Shown here in pieces: positions 27,040 to 42,000 of a stretch of 64,000 nucleotides of DNA. The notes below the pieces were generated by a model. That model saw only the letters and a list, made by a program, of their open reading frames with translations. It was not told the DNA's origin and searched no databases. This DNA is from Octopus sinensis (Eukaryota): contig NC_042997.1 in assembly GCF_006345805.1 (NCBI RefSeq), forward strand, positions 76,880,001-76,944,000, given 5' to 3'. The position numbers and the translations under genes are program-made. Numbering within the stretch: position 1 is the first letter of the stretch; each line of letters starts with the position of its first letter.

Positions 27040-27309
27040 CGACTATATATATATATATGCGACTATATATATATATATATATATATATGTGTATATATAT
27101 ATATATATATGTATGTATATATGTATGCATATATATATGTATGCATATATATATGTATGTATATATATATATATGTATATATATGTATGATATATATATA
27201 TTATGTATATATAGTATATGTATATATATCTATTTATGTATATGTATATATATGTATGTAATATATTATATTAAATATGTATGTATATATATATATATAT
27301 GTATATATC

Positions 27310-27342
<33 letters not shown>

Positions 27343-28400
27343 ATGTATATATATATATATGTATGTATATGTATATATATATATATGTATGTATATGTAT
27401 ATATATATATATGTATGTATATGTATATATATATATATGTATGTATATGTATATATATATATATGTATGTATATGTATATATATATATATGTATGTATAT
27501 ATGTATATATATAATGTATGTATATATGTATATATATATAGATGTATGTATATATGTATATATATATATGTATGTAATATTGTATGTATATATGTATGTA
27601 TATATATATGTATGTATATATATATGTATGTATATATATTGTATGTATATAATGTATGTAGATAATATGTATATATATATATGTATGTATATATATATGT
27701 ATATAATATATGTATGTATATAATATGTATATATATATGTATGTATATATATATGTATTATATATATATGTATGTTATATATATGTATATATATATGTAT
27801 GTATATATATATGTATATATATATGTATATATATATGTATATTATTAAGTATGTATATATATGTATGTATATATATGATGTATATATATTATATGTAAGA
27901 TATATATATGTATGTATATATATAATGTATATATATATATGTAATTATTATTATGTATATATATATATGTATATATATATATGTATTTATATATGTATGT
28001 ATATATATATGTATATATATATGTATGTATATATATATGTATATATATATATGTATGTATATATATATGTTATATATATATGTATATATATATAATTATG
28101 TAATATATATATGTATGTATATATATATGTATGTATATATATCTGTATATTATATAATGTATGTATATTATATATGTATATATATATATATGTATGTATG
28201 ATATATATGTATGATATATATGTATGTATGTATATATGTATTTATATGATGTATATATATGTATATGTATATATATATGTTATATATATATATATGATGT
28301 ATGTATATATGGTATGTATATATTGTCTGTATATATATTGTATGTATGTATATATGTATATATATAATGTATGTATATATTATATATGTATATATATATG

Positions 28401-28435
<35 letters not shown>

Positions 28436-28472
28436 GTATATATATAATATATGTATATATATATATAATATG

Positions 28473-28511
<39 letters not shown>

Positions 28512-28628
28512 TATATATATGTATATATATGTATATATGTATATGTAATATATGTATATATGTATATATGTATATATATGTATATATGTATATATATATA
28601 TATGTATGTGTATGTATATATATGTATG

Positions 28629-28661
<33 letters not shown>

Positions 28662-28685
28662 ATATATGTATATGTATATATATGT
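27040..28685. repeat. TA/TG microsatellite array
   Basis: Direct inspection. Confidence 0.95.
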
Positions 28686-28930
28686 ATCATCATCATCATC
28701 ATCATCATTTAACGTCCGTTTTCCGCGCTAGCACGGGTTGGACGGTTTCGACCGGGGTCTGGGGAGCTCGGGACTTCCCCAGGCTCCAGTCTAGGCTGGC
28801 AGGGTTTCTACAGCTGGATGCCCTTCCTAACGCCAACCACTCCGCGAGTGTAGTGGGTGTTTTTTACGTGCCACCTGCACAGGTGCCAGAGGGATCTGGC
28901 ATCGGCCACGTTCGGATGGTGCTTTTTATG
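28686..28930 (-). mobile_element. RTE-type 3' tail with (ATG)n
   Basis: Minus strand: cataaaaagcaccatccgaacgtggcc...ggttggcgttaggaagggcatccagctgtag...ggacgttaaatgatgatgat. Confidence 0.8.
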
Positions 28931-29105
28931 GGGGGGGTGCAGAGATATAGGGGAGCACCAGTGGGAGGGATGGTTCAGAGGACAGGTACTAGGCAAGTAG
29001 AACGTAGGATACCGAGAGAGGGGTAATGCATGGTGAAATAGCGTATTGAAGAGGGGGCTTCAAATAGTAGACACCTATAATGGTGGTGGGGGGTGCAGAA
29101 ATATA
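28931..29105. repeat. Single ~156-bp satellite unit fused to the RTE tail
   Basis: Same unit and same junction as at 35930. Confidence 0.85.
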
Positions 29106-29114
29106 TGTATATAT

Positions 29115-29146
<32 letters not shown>

Positions 29147-29204
29147 GTATATATGTATATATATATGTATATATATATATGTATATATACATATATATGT
29201 ATAT

Positions 29205-29236
<32 letters not shown>

Positions 29237-29924
29237 GTATATATGTATATATATATGTATATATATATATGTATATATACATATTATGTATATATGTATA
29301 TATATATATATGTATATATTATATATGTATATATATACATATATGTATATATATATGTATATACATATATGCATATATGTATATATACATATGTATATAT
29401 ACATATATATATGTATATATGTATACATATATATGTATATATATATATATGTATCTATATATATATGTATATATGTATATATATATATATGTATATATAT
29501 ATATGTATATATATATATATGTATATATGTATATATATATGTATATATGTATATATATATGTATATATGTATATATATATATATGTATATATATATGTAT
29601 ATATGTATATATGTATATATATATATGTATATATGTATATATATATGTATATATATATATATGTATATATATATATGTATATATGTATATATATATATGT
29701 ATATATGTATATGTATATATGTATATATATATGTATATATGTATATATATATATGTATATATGTATATATATATATGTATATATGTATATATATATGTAT
29801 ATATATATATGTATATATGTATATGTATATATGTATATATATGTATATATATATATATATGTATATATGTATATATGTATTATATATGTATATATATATA
29901 TATGTATATATGTATATATCTATG

Positions 29925-29957
<33 letters not shown>

Positions 29958-30058
29958 GTATATATATATATGTATATATGTATATTATATATGTATATAT
30001 ATATATGTAATATATATATATGTATATATGTATATATATATATGTATATATATATATG

Positions 30059-30089
<31 letters not shown>

Positions 30090-30104
30090 GTATATATATA
30101 TATG

Positions 30105-30164
<60 letters not shown>

Positions 30165-30774
30165 GTACATATGTATATATATAATGTATATATGTATATA
30201 TATATATATGTATATATGTACATATGTATATATATATGTTATATATATATATGTCCTATGTCTATATATATATATGCCATATGTATATATATATAATATG
30301 TATATATGTTATATGTATATATGTATATATCTGTATATATATAATATCTGTATATAATGTATATATATTCTATGTATATATGTATATATATGTATATATA
30401 TATATATATGTATATATGTATATTAATATATATATATGTATATATATACATCTGTATATATGTAATATATGTATATGTATATATGTATATATATATATGT
30501 ATATACATACACATATGTATACATATATGTATATACATATATATGTATATATGTATACATATATGTATATATATATGTATATATATATATGTATATATAT
30601 ATGTATATATATATATATGTATATATGTACATATATATGTATATATGTACACATATATGTATACATATACATACGTATATATGTATATATATATGTATAC
30701 ATGTATGTATATATGTATATATATATGTATATATGTATATATACATGTATATAATGTATATATAAATATACGTA

Positions 30775-30810
<36 letters not shown>
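29106..30810. repeat. TA/TG microsatellite array
   Basis: Direct inspection. Confidence 0.95.
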
Positions 30811-30811
<1 letters not shown>

Positions 30812-30974
30812 ACAAGCTAAATATATTTGATGGCTGATACTTGTCAATAGGTACTTCTGAATGTTTGATATCATATGTTATGTCTAGACATGTACACACA
30901 TGTATATGCACACACACACATGTATGTGTGTGTAGATATATTTTGTGTGCGTGTGTAATATATATTTTTAATAA

Positions 30975-32056
30975 CCCTTTTCGTTACTATATTTCTGACC
31001 AAAATACACCGTTATGTGTTTCAATTAATTTCTAACATAATCATAAATTTAGTCTGGTTTCATTAAACAACTATAACTTTTTTATTTATCATATATTAAT
31101 TTGATTTTTGGAAGATAATTTAATGAAATGTTCTCAACCAATTCTATACTATAATTTTTGTCACAAAGTGACTCTAATTGCAGGTAGATACAGGTAAATT
31201 CAACAAAATATAAAATTATTAAAATTTTTGTTCAAACATCACTATAGAAAATGGGTTATTAGCTAATATTCAATTGGGTATACAACAAAATTTTACTATA
31301 GAATTTGTTATTCTGGGTAACTTTCTGATACCCATAATAATATTTATGGCAAAATAGGCCTTAATTTCATTTAAGGTTGTGGGAAACCACAAACTATCCT
31401 TTTCCTTCCTTCCTTGGTTACATTTAGCGAACAGTTCGTTTCTGCTGTAATGATTTCAAATAGGCTCATTCGAAAAAGTAAAAAGGAAATAGTCTAAGGC
31501 TTTACTCTCCTGAGAAAGACTGTGGCTTGGTCCAGTTCTTCCAAAAAAAAATCATCGAAATAAACATTTTTTAATTTTCACTCCATTCAGGTGCCAATTC
31601 ATTTTTTTTATCGCTGTCGGACTCTCAGATTCACTGTTTTTTCACTTCGGAAATGAAACATCGGATTCATTATCAAATACCTCATGCTTTTTTTTCAGTC
31701 GTAGTTAGATTTATGAAGTCTTCAGTAGAAAAGCCTTCATTCGAATTCTGACTCGCTGCTTGATATAATGAAATTCGTATACAATTTTGTCAGAATTACA
31801 AATTTGAAAACACAATAGGAACAAATTTCGGAAAAAAATCTCCCAAAATTCACAGAATTAAAATTACACTTTGATCCTTGTACAAAACTGTAGATGACTG
31901 TTTACGAAGTATAATCACATGTTTCACGAATGACTAAAGAGATTTGCTCTGATATTCTCATTTAAATATGAATAGGTAATACGGGCAGGTTTGGGCGGTT
32001 TGGTCACATTAACCAAAATTTTTTCGGGCGGCTTTGGGCGTTTGGTAACGAAAGGG
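30975..32056 (-). mobile_element. Non-autonomous piggyBac-like element
   Basis: Ends CCCTTTTCGTTAC / GTAACGAAAGGG (TIR with a 1-nt indel); TTAA at 32057-32060 and ATAA at 30971-30974; acidic S/E/D-rich remnant on the minus strand near 31580-31770. Confidence 0.65.
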
Positions 32057-32576
32057 TTAAACGACTGATTCACTTCGTCACTATTTAGTTTCTGACAAAG
32101 TGCAATAATGTAACAGGTTTTTCTTAAATGGTTGCATTTGTTGAGAAACTCTGAGTATTGATGGACTTAATCATGTCTAAAATAAATGAGTTCTACTTAA
32201 AGAATTTTATCTACATATATGCACACACGTGTGTGTGGTAAAAATATTTTGTTTTCAACACCAGCTTAACGATGAAAGAGTCCTTTTATTGAATCCCTCC
32301 AAATTCATTATTAATTTCACTAGAAATATAGTCAAAGGAAGGTTAAATATTATAACATTAACTTGTCTGTTTTTTCATACAGCTATTATTTTTTGTTTTT
32401 TTTTTTGTTTTTTTGGAATTCCTAAACATATTTTTTTAGTTGCCTTTACCAATCCCCCCCCAAAAAACAAAACAAATAACAAACATAAACCAAGTGTTTC
32501 ATTCATTTTCACTTCATGGATTATTATAAAAGAAGGCAGCATCAAACTACTTAGGCAGAAAAAAAAATATATATAT

Positions 32577-32627
32577 GGCGGTGCCCCAGCATGGCCACAG
32601 CTCGTGAGCTGAAACTAGATAAAATAA
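32577..32627 (+). mobile_element. CR1 3'-terminal remnant
   Basis: ggcggtgccccagcatggccacagctcgtgagctgaaactagataaaataaaa is near-identical to the 3' end of the 23003-27030 element. Confidence 0.75.
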
Positions 32628-32699
32628 AATATGTATATATATATATGTATATATATATGTTATATATATATATGTATTATATATGTATATATATATGTT

Positions 32700-32735
<36 letters not shown>

Positions 32736-32758
32736 ATATGTATAAACATATATATATG

Positions 32759-32794
<36 letters not shown>

Positions 32795-32816
32795 TATGTA
32801 TATTTATATATATATG

Positions 32817-32850
<34 letters not shown>

Positions 32851-33055
32851 TATGTATATATATATAGTTATATATATAAACTATATATATATGTGTGTAT
32901 AATATATGTATATATATATTGTAATATATGTATATATATGTATATATAGTTATATATATATGTGTAATATATGTCTAATATTATGTATAATAATATATAT
33001 TATATATATATATATATTATATATATATGTAATATTCTATATATCTGTATATATA

Positions 33056-33106
<51 letters not shown>

Positions 33107-33726
33107 GTATATATATATATGTATATGTATATATATATGCATATATATATATATATGTATGTATATAAATATATGTTATATATATATATATAATGTTGTA
33201 TATAATATTGTATATATATATTATATATGTATGTATATATATATATGTATATTTATATATATATATATGTAATATATATATATATGTATATATCTGTATA
33301 ATATTATTGTGGTATATGTATAATATATATATATATATATGTATGTATGTATATAATATATATTGTATGTATATGTTATATATATATATGTATGTATATT
33401 GTATATATATATATATATAATGTATGTATATATATATATATATATATATGTCTGTATATATATATATTTATAATATATATATCGTGTATATAATAATATG
33501 TATGTAATATATATATAGTATGTATATATATAATGTATATAATATAATATATGTGTGGTATGTATATATATATATGTAATATATATATATATGGTTGTAT
33601 ATATATATATGATTATAATATAGTATGTATATATATATATTTGTATATATATATATATGTATGATATATATATATGTATATATATATATGTATGTATATA
33701 TATATATGTATGTATATCTATATATG

Positions 33727-33758
<32 letters not shown>

Positions 33759-34667
33759 ATATATTATTGTATATATATTGTATTAATATATATATGATGT
33801 ATATCTATATAATATATAGTATGTATATATAATATGTATATATATACATGTATATATATAATATCTATGTATCTATTATATATATGTATGTATATATATA
33901 TATGTATATAATATGTATATATATTATGATATATGTATATATATAGATATATGTATATATATAATATATGTATATATATATATATATGTATTATATTAAA
34001 AAAAATGTATATATATATGTATATTATGATATAGTATATATATATATATGTATATATATATATTATAAGTATATATATGGATTATATAGGTATATATATG
34101 TATATATATATATGATTATATATATAATGTTATATAATGTATATATATATATATGTATATATATATTATGTTAAATATCTATATATTATATATATAATGT
34201 ATGTATATATATATATGTATGTATATATATCTATGTTGTATATATATATATGTATGTATATATATATATGTATATAGATATATAATGTATATTATATATG
34301 GTATATATATATGTATATATATATATGTAGTATATAATATTATGTATTATATATATATGTTATATATATATATTCTAGTATGTTATAGTATATGTTATAT
34401 ATATATTTATATGTATATATATATATATATATATGTATGTATATTAATTATGTATATATATAATATGTATATATATATATCTATATATATATATATATGT
34501 ATGTCTATATATGTATGTATAATTATCTGTATGTATATATATATATACATATATATCTGTATTATATATATTCTGTATGTATATATATATATATATATAT
34601 ATATAGATATAGATATATATATATATATATATCTGTATGTACTATATATCTGTATGTATTATATCTG

Positions 34668-34704
<37 letters not shown>

Positions 34705-34943
34705 GTATGTATATATATATCTGTATGTATTATATATCTGTATGTATATATATATATGTATATATATATATGTGTCTATATATATATGTGTATATATATA
34801 TGTATGTGTGATATATATATGTATCTATAATATATATGTATATATCTATAGTATATATTATGTAGTATATTATATATATATATAATTTATATGTATATAT
34901 ATATATTGTATATTATGTATATGCATATATTATTATATGTATA
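32628..34943. repeat. TA/TG microsatellite array, ~2.3 kb
   Basis: Direct inspection. Confidence 0.95.
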
Positions 34944-35223
34944 TCCTTAATTCCTTAAAAATGTTTTAGCCCGAGGCCGCGGCCATGCTGGGACCACCGC
35001 TGAATGAGCTACACTAGTTTGTGAATCCACCTCTGATACGTGGCACTTGATCAACAGGGAGTTCGATGCTGCTGCCCGCATCCGTGTCTCCTGTCGTGAG
35101 GGTTCATCTGGGACTCCCAAGAAGAAGAGATCCAGTTTAGTTTTAAAAAAGAAACCCATCCACACCATGTAAGTCTCTCATGCATTTAGGGAGGATATAA
35201 AGAGCTGTGGTCCTCTGAAACCC
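34944..35223 (-). mobile_element. 3' fragment of a second CR1 subfamily
   Basis: Encodes [27 protein letters not shown], homologous to [28 protein letters not shown] of the full copy; related but distinct tail. Confidence 0.8.
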
Positions 35224-35682
35224 TCTATATATATATATGTATATATTATTTATATGTATATTTATATATATATGATGTATATATGTATATATATATATTA
35301 TATATGTATGTATAATATAATATATATATATGTATGTATATATATGTATATATGTATATATATGTATGTATATATATGATATATGTATATATATATGTAT
35401 TTATATATATGTATATATGTTATATGTATGTATATATATGTATATGTATGTATTATATGTACTGTATATATGTATGTATATATATGTATATGGTATGTAT
35501 ATATTAAATTTATAATGTATATAGTATATTATATCTGTATGTATATATATATATGTATGTATATGTATATATATGTATATGTATATATATGTATATATAT
35601 ATATGTATGTATATATATGTCTATGTATATATATGTATGTATATGTATGTATAGGTATATATATATATATGTATGTATATAT

Positions 35683-35929
35683 ATCATCATCATCATCACA
35701 TCCTTTAACGTCCGTTTTCCGCGCTAGCACGGGTTGGACGGTTTTCGACCGGGGTCTGGGAGCTCGGGACTGCCCCAGGCTCCAGTCTAGTCCTGGCAGT
35801 GTTTTCTACAGCTGGATGCCCTTCCTAACGCCACCACTCCGCGAGTGTAGTGGGTGTTTTTTTACGTGCCACCCTGCACAGGTGCCAAGAGGGTCTGGCA
35901 TCGGCCACGTTCGGATGGTGCTTTTTATG
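35683..35929 (-). mobile_element. RTE-type 3' tail with (ATG)n
   Basis: Near-identical to 28686-28930; most differences are small indels. Confidence 0.8.
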
Positions 35930-37955
35930 GGGGGGTGCAGAAATTTGGGAGCCACCAGTGGGAGGGATGGTTCAGAGGACAGGTACTAGGCAAGTAGAAC
36001 GTAGGATACCGAGAGAGGGGTAATGCATGGTGAAATAGCGTATTGAAGAGGGGCTTCAATAGTAGACACCTATATGGTGGTGGGGGGGTGCAGAAATATA
36101 GGGGAGCACCATGGGGAGGGGGTGTTCAGAGGACAGGTTCTAGGCAGTAGAACGTAGGATATCGAGAGAGGGGTAATGCATGGTGAAATAGCGTATTGAA
36201 GAGTGGGGTTCAAAGAGTAGACACCTATAATTGTGGTGGGGGGGGTGCAAAAATAGGGGAGCACCGTGGAGGGGTGGTTCAAGGACAGGTTCTAGCAAGT
36301 AGAACGTAGGATATCGAGAGAGGGTAATGCATGGTGAAATAGCGTATTGAAAGAGGGGTTTGAAAGAGTAGACACCTATAATGGTGGTGTGGGGGGTGCA
36401 AAATATAGGGGAGCACCATTGGGAGGTGTGGTTCAGAGGACAGGTTCTAGGCAATTAAGAACGTAGGATATCGAGAGAGGGAATGCATGGTGAAAGGCGT
36501 ATTGAAGAGGGGGGTTCAAAGAGTAGACACCTATAATGGTGGTGGGGGGGTGCAGAAATATAGGGGAGCACCAGTGGAGGGGTGGTCAGAGGACAGGTTC
36601 TAGGCAATTAGAACGTAGGATATCGAGAGAGGGGTAATGCCTGGTGAAATGGCGTATTGAAGAGGGGGGTTCAAAGAGTAGACACCTATAATGGTGGTGG
36701 GGTGGTGCAGAATATAGGGGAACACCATGGAGGGTTGAGGGAACACCAGTGGGAGGGTGTTCAGAGGACAGGTTCTAGGCAAGTAGAACGTAGGATATCG
36801 AGAGAGGAGTAATGCATGGTGAAATAGCGTATTGAAGAGGGGGGTTCAAAGAGTAGACACCTATAATGGTGTGGGAGAAACGACATCCGGTATAGTTTGG
36901 AGCAAATATAGAGATATTCGGTATGTTGGTGGGGGTGGGAGGGCGGGGCGCCCGCGAAGAATCGGCAGCCAATTTCTATCAGCCCTGTAAGGAGAATAGA
37001 TCTTAAATATCTATAACGATAACTNNNNNNNNNNNNNNNNNNNNNNNNNNNNNNNNNNNNNNNNNNNNNNNNNNNNNNNNNNNNNNNNNNNNNNNNNNNN
37101 NNNNNNNNNNNNNNNNNNNNNNNNCAAATAGTAGACACCTATAATGGTGGTGGGGGGGTGCAGAATATAGGGGAGCACCAGTGGGAGGGGGTGTTCAGAG
37201 GACAGGTTCTAGGCAAGTAGAACGTAGGATATCGAGAGAGGGGTAATGCATGGTGAAATAGCGTATTGAAGAGGGGGGTTCAAAGAGTAGACACCTATAA
37301 TGGTGGTGGGGGGGTGCAAAAATATAGGGGAGCACCCGTGGGAGGGGTGGTTCAAGACAGGTTCTAGGCAAGTAGAACGTAGGATATCGAGAGAGGGGTA
37401 ATGCATGGTGAAATAGCGTATTGAAGAGGGGGGTTCAAAGAGTAGACACCTATAATGGTGGTGGGGGGGTGCAGAAATATAGGGGAGCACCAGTGGGAGG
37501 GGTGGTTCAGAGGACAGGTTCTAGGCAATTAGAACGTAGGATATCGAGAGAGGGGTAATGCATGGTGAAATGGCGTATTGAAGAGGGGTTTCAAAGAGTA
37601 GACACCTATAATGGTGGTGGGGGGTTGCAGAAATATAGGGGAGCACCAGTGGGAGGGGTGGTTCAGAGGACAGGTTCTAGGCAATTAGAACGTAGGATAT
37701 CGAGAGAGGGGTAATGCATGGTGAAATGGCGTATTGAAGAGGGGGGTTCAAAGAGTAGACACCTATAATGGTGGTGGGGGGGGTGCAGAATATAGGGGAA
37801 CACCAGTGGGAGGGGTGAGGGGAACACCATGGGAGGGGTGGTTCAGAGGACAGGTTCTAGGCAAGTAGAACGTAGGATATCGAGAGAGGAGTAATGCATG
37901 GTGAAATAGCGTATTGAAGAGGGGGGTTCAAAGAGTAGACACCTATAATGGTGGT
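35930..37955. repeat. ~156-bp G-rich tandem array (about 6 units before and 5 after the gap)
   Basis: Unit starts after the gap at 37141, 37297, 37452, 37608 and 37765; the last unit is 180 bp owing to an internal duplication. Confidence 0.93.
37025..37124. other. Assembly gap (100 N)
   Basis: Run of exactly 100 N. Confidence 1.
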
Positions 37956-38035
37956 GGGAGAAACGACATCCGGTATAGTTGGAGCAAAATAGAGATATTC
38001 GGTATTGGTGGTGGGGGTGGGGAGGGCGGGCGCGC

Positions 38036-39926
38036 CGCGAAGAATCGGCAGCCAATTTCTATCAGCCCTGTAAGGAGAATAGATCTTAAATATCTATAAC
38101 GATACTAGTGAATTATACAGAATATGCAAAAACGAGGCGAGGCTGAAATAGTAAACAGAGTGGCGTCTAGGGGGATCAGAATAATAATAATAATAAATAG
38201 AAATACGGGATGAATTAAAGTCAAGGATTTCTTATCTTGGGATCACTTCGTTTACGGACAGTCTTGGCAAAAGGAATTCGGAATCAAGAATGAGGCAGGA
38301 TACTAGCTTAAGTATGCATAGGAGTCCAGAAAGACAATGTAAAAAGAGGGGGAGAGAAGGCGCGAAGAATCGGCAGCCAATTTCTATCAGCCCTGTAAGG
38401 GAGAATAGATCTTAAATATCTATAACGATAACTAGTGAATTATACAGAATATGCAAAAACGAGGCGAGGCTGAAATAGTAAACAGAGTGGCGTCTAGGGG
38501 GATCAGAATAATAATATAATTAATAAATAGAAATACGGATGAATTAAAGTTCAAGGATTTCTTATCTTGGGATCACTTCGTTTACGGACAGTCTTGGCAA
38601 AAGGAATTCGGAATCAAGAATGAGGCAGGATACTAGCTTAAGTATGCATAGGAGTCCAGACAGACAATGTAAAAGGAGGGGGAGAGAAGGGCGCGAAGAA
38701 TCGGCAGCCAATTTCTATCAGCCCTGTAAGGGAGAATAGATCTTAAATATCTATAACGATAACTAGTGAATTATACAGAATATGCAAAAACGAGGCGAGG
38801 CTGAAATAGTAACAGAGTGGCGTCTAGGGGGATCAGAATAATAATAATAATTAATAAATAGAAATACGGGATGAATTAAAGTTCAAGGATTTCTTATCTT
38901 GGGATCACTTCGTTTACGGACAGTCTTGGCAAAAGGAATTCGGAATCAAGAATGAGGCAGGATACTAGCTTAAGTATGCATAGGAGTCCAGACAGACAAT
39001 GTAAAAAGAGGGGGAGAGAAGGGCGCGAAGAATCGGCAGCCAATTTCTATCAGCCCTGTAAGGGAGAATAGATCTTAAATATCTATAACGATAACTAGTG
39101 AATTATACAGAATATGCAAAAACGAGGCGAGGCTGAAATAGTAAACAGAGTGGCGTCTAGGGGGATCAGAATAATAATAATAATTAATAAATAGAAATAC
39201 GGGATGAATTAAAGTTCAAGGATTTCTTATCTTGGGATCACTTCGTTTACGGACAGTCTTGGCAAAAGGAATTCGGAATCAAGAATGAGGCAGGATACTA
39301 GCTTAAGTATGCATAGGAGTCCAGACAGACAATGTAAAAAGAGGGGGAGAGAAGGGCGCGAAGAATCGGCAGCCAATTTCTATCAGCCCTGTAAGGGAGA
39401 ATAGATCTTAAATATCTATAACGATAACTAGTGAATTATACAGAATATGCAAAAACGAGGCGAGGCTGAAATAGTAAACAGAGTGGCGTCTAGGGGGATC
39501 AGAATAATAATAATAATTAATAATAGAAATACGGGATGAATAAAGTTCAAGGATTTCTTATCTTGGGATCACTTCGTTTACGGACAGTCTTGGCAAAAGG
39601 AATTCGGAATCAAGAATGAGGCAGGATACTAGCTTAAGTATGCATAGGAGTCCAGACAGACAATGTAAAAAGAGGGGGAGAGAAGGGCGCGAAGAATCGG
39701 CAGCCAATTTCTATCAGCCCTGTAAGGGAGAATAGATCTTAAATATCTATAACGATAACTAGTGAATTATACAGAATATGCAAAAACGAGGCGAGGCTGA
39801 AATAGTAAACAGAGTGGCGTCTAGGGGGATCAGAATAATAATAATAATTAATAAATAGAAATACGGGATGAATTAAAGTTCAAGGATTTCTTATCTTGGG
39901 ATCACTTCGTTTACGGACAGTCTTGG
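38036..39926. repeat. ~332-bp tandem array, about 5.7 units
   Basis: cgcgaagaatcgg recurs at 38036, 38361, 38692, 39024, 39357 and 39688; units are near-identical, with one GAATTC per full unit. Confidence 0.95.
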
Positions 39927-40634
39927 ATAATGCCTTGCGGCAGATGAAGAAAGCGGTGTTATCGTGGCACTGGTCCGAAGCAAAAGGGCTATGATTGGCC
40001 AGCGGACACGTGAGAAGAGAAGAGAGAGAAAAAGAGGGGGAGAAGTGAGAGAAAAAGAGGGACAAAGGTATTAAGGAGGGGGAGAAGAAAGAGTGTGCCA
40101 AGGATTGTCGAGAAAAAAGAAAGACAGGGACAATGAAGTGCAAAGTAAGAAAGGCAAAGAAATGTGAGAGAGGGAGAGACGAGACCGAAGAATCAAGGAA
40201 GCGAGAAAGGAGGAGGGACAGTGAAGTACAAAGTAAGAAAGGCAAAGAGATGTGAGAGAGAGTGTTGAAGTCATACAAAGTTTAGTGGAATGTGTACATA
40301 CACATAAGAGAATAAGGTGTACATACGCCGATATAATATATATATATAAAAATACAAAATGGGACAAGAACACAAAATTCAAATAGACGATACAAAAAAC
40401 ACGGACAGGTCATTCGAAGCCTCTAATCTTCAGTATGTATATATATATGTATATTCATACATACACACACATATATATATAGAAGCATATATGAATTCTT
40501 TTCGTATTGAGGTAAAATACCAAGGCTGTGTAGATTTTAGAACACTTATAGACAACATATATATAAACATTATATATATATATATATATATATATTAATA
40601 CACATATATATACACACAAATATATATACTTATA

Positions 40635-40768
40635 GGTGGTTGGCGTTAGGAAGGGCATCCAGCTATGGGAACTCTGCCAGATGAAATTGGAGTCTAGTGC
40701 AGCCAGACCTTTGTCAAATCGTCCAACCCATGCTAGCATTGGAAAGTGGACGTTAAACAATGATGACA
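40635..40768 (+). mobile_element. RTE-type 3' tail
   Basis: ggtggttggcgttaggaagggcatccagc...ggacgttaaacaatgatga. Confidence 0.75.
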
Positions 40769-40878
40769 TTATATATATATATATATATATTTATACTTAT
40801 ATGTATATATAAATACCTCTATTTTCATAATATCGTGGTCTTGTTCTTTTGTTGTCATTTTATTATTAAATATATATT

Positions 40879-40879
<1 letters not shown>

Positions 40880-40909
<30 letters not shown>

Positions 40910-41410
40910 GTATATATGTATGTATATGTATGTATATATATGTATGTATGTATATATATATATATGTATGTATATATATATATATGTATGTATATATATG
41001 TATATGTATGTATATATATATATGTATGTATATATATATGTATATATGTATGTATATATATATATATATGTATGTATATATATATGTATATATATATGTA
41101 TATATATATGTATGTATATATATATGTATATATATATGTATGTATATATATATGTATATATATATGTATGTATATATATATATATGTATATATATATGTA
41201 TGTATATATATATATATTATATATATATGTATGTATATATATATGTATATTATATGTATGTATATATATATATGTATATATATATGTATGTATATATATA
41301 TATAGTATGTATATGTATGTATATATATATATGTATATATATATATGTATATATATATATGTATATATATATATGTATATATATATATGTATGTATATAT
41401 ATATGTATGT

Positions 41411-41480
<70 letters not shown>

Positions 41481-41620
41481 GTATATATATATGTATGTGT
41501 ATGTGTATATATATATATGTATGTATGTATATATATATATGTATGTATATATATATATGTATGTATGTATGTATATATATATGTATGTATATGTATATAT
41601 ATATGTATGTATATGTATAT

Positions 41621-41660
<40 letters not shown>

Positions 41661-42000
41661 GTATGTGTATATATATATGTATGTGTATATATATATATGT
41701 ATGTATGTATATATATATATGTATGTATATATATATATATGTATGTATGTATGTATATATATATGTATGTATATATATATATATATGTATGTATATGTAT
41801 ATATATATGTATGTATATGTATATATATATGTATGTATATGTATATATATGTATGTATATGTATATATATATGTATGTATATATATATATATATGTATGT
41901 GTATATATGTATGTATGTATATATATATATATATATGTATGTATATATATATATATATATATGTATGTATATGTATGTATGTTTATATACATATATATAT
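40880..42000. repeat. TA/TG microsatellite array
   Basis: Direct inspection. Confidence 0.95.

Noticed and set aside
35930-39926. CRISPR-like or ribozyme-containing arrays
   Set aside because: Units are contiguous with no unique spacers, no cas genes are present, and I found no CUGANGA...GAAA core in either unit on either strand.
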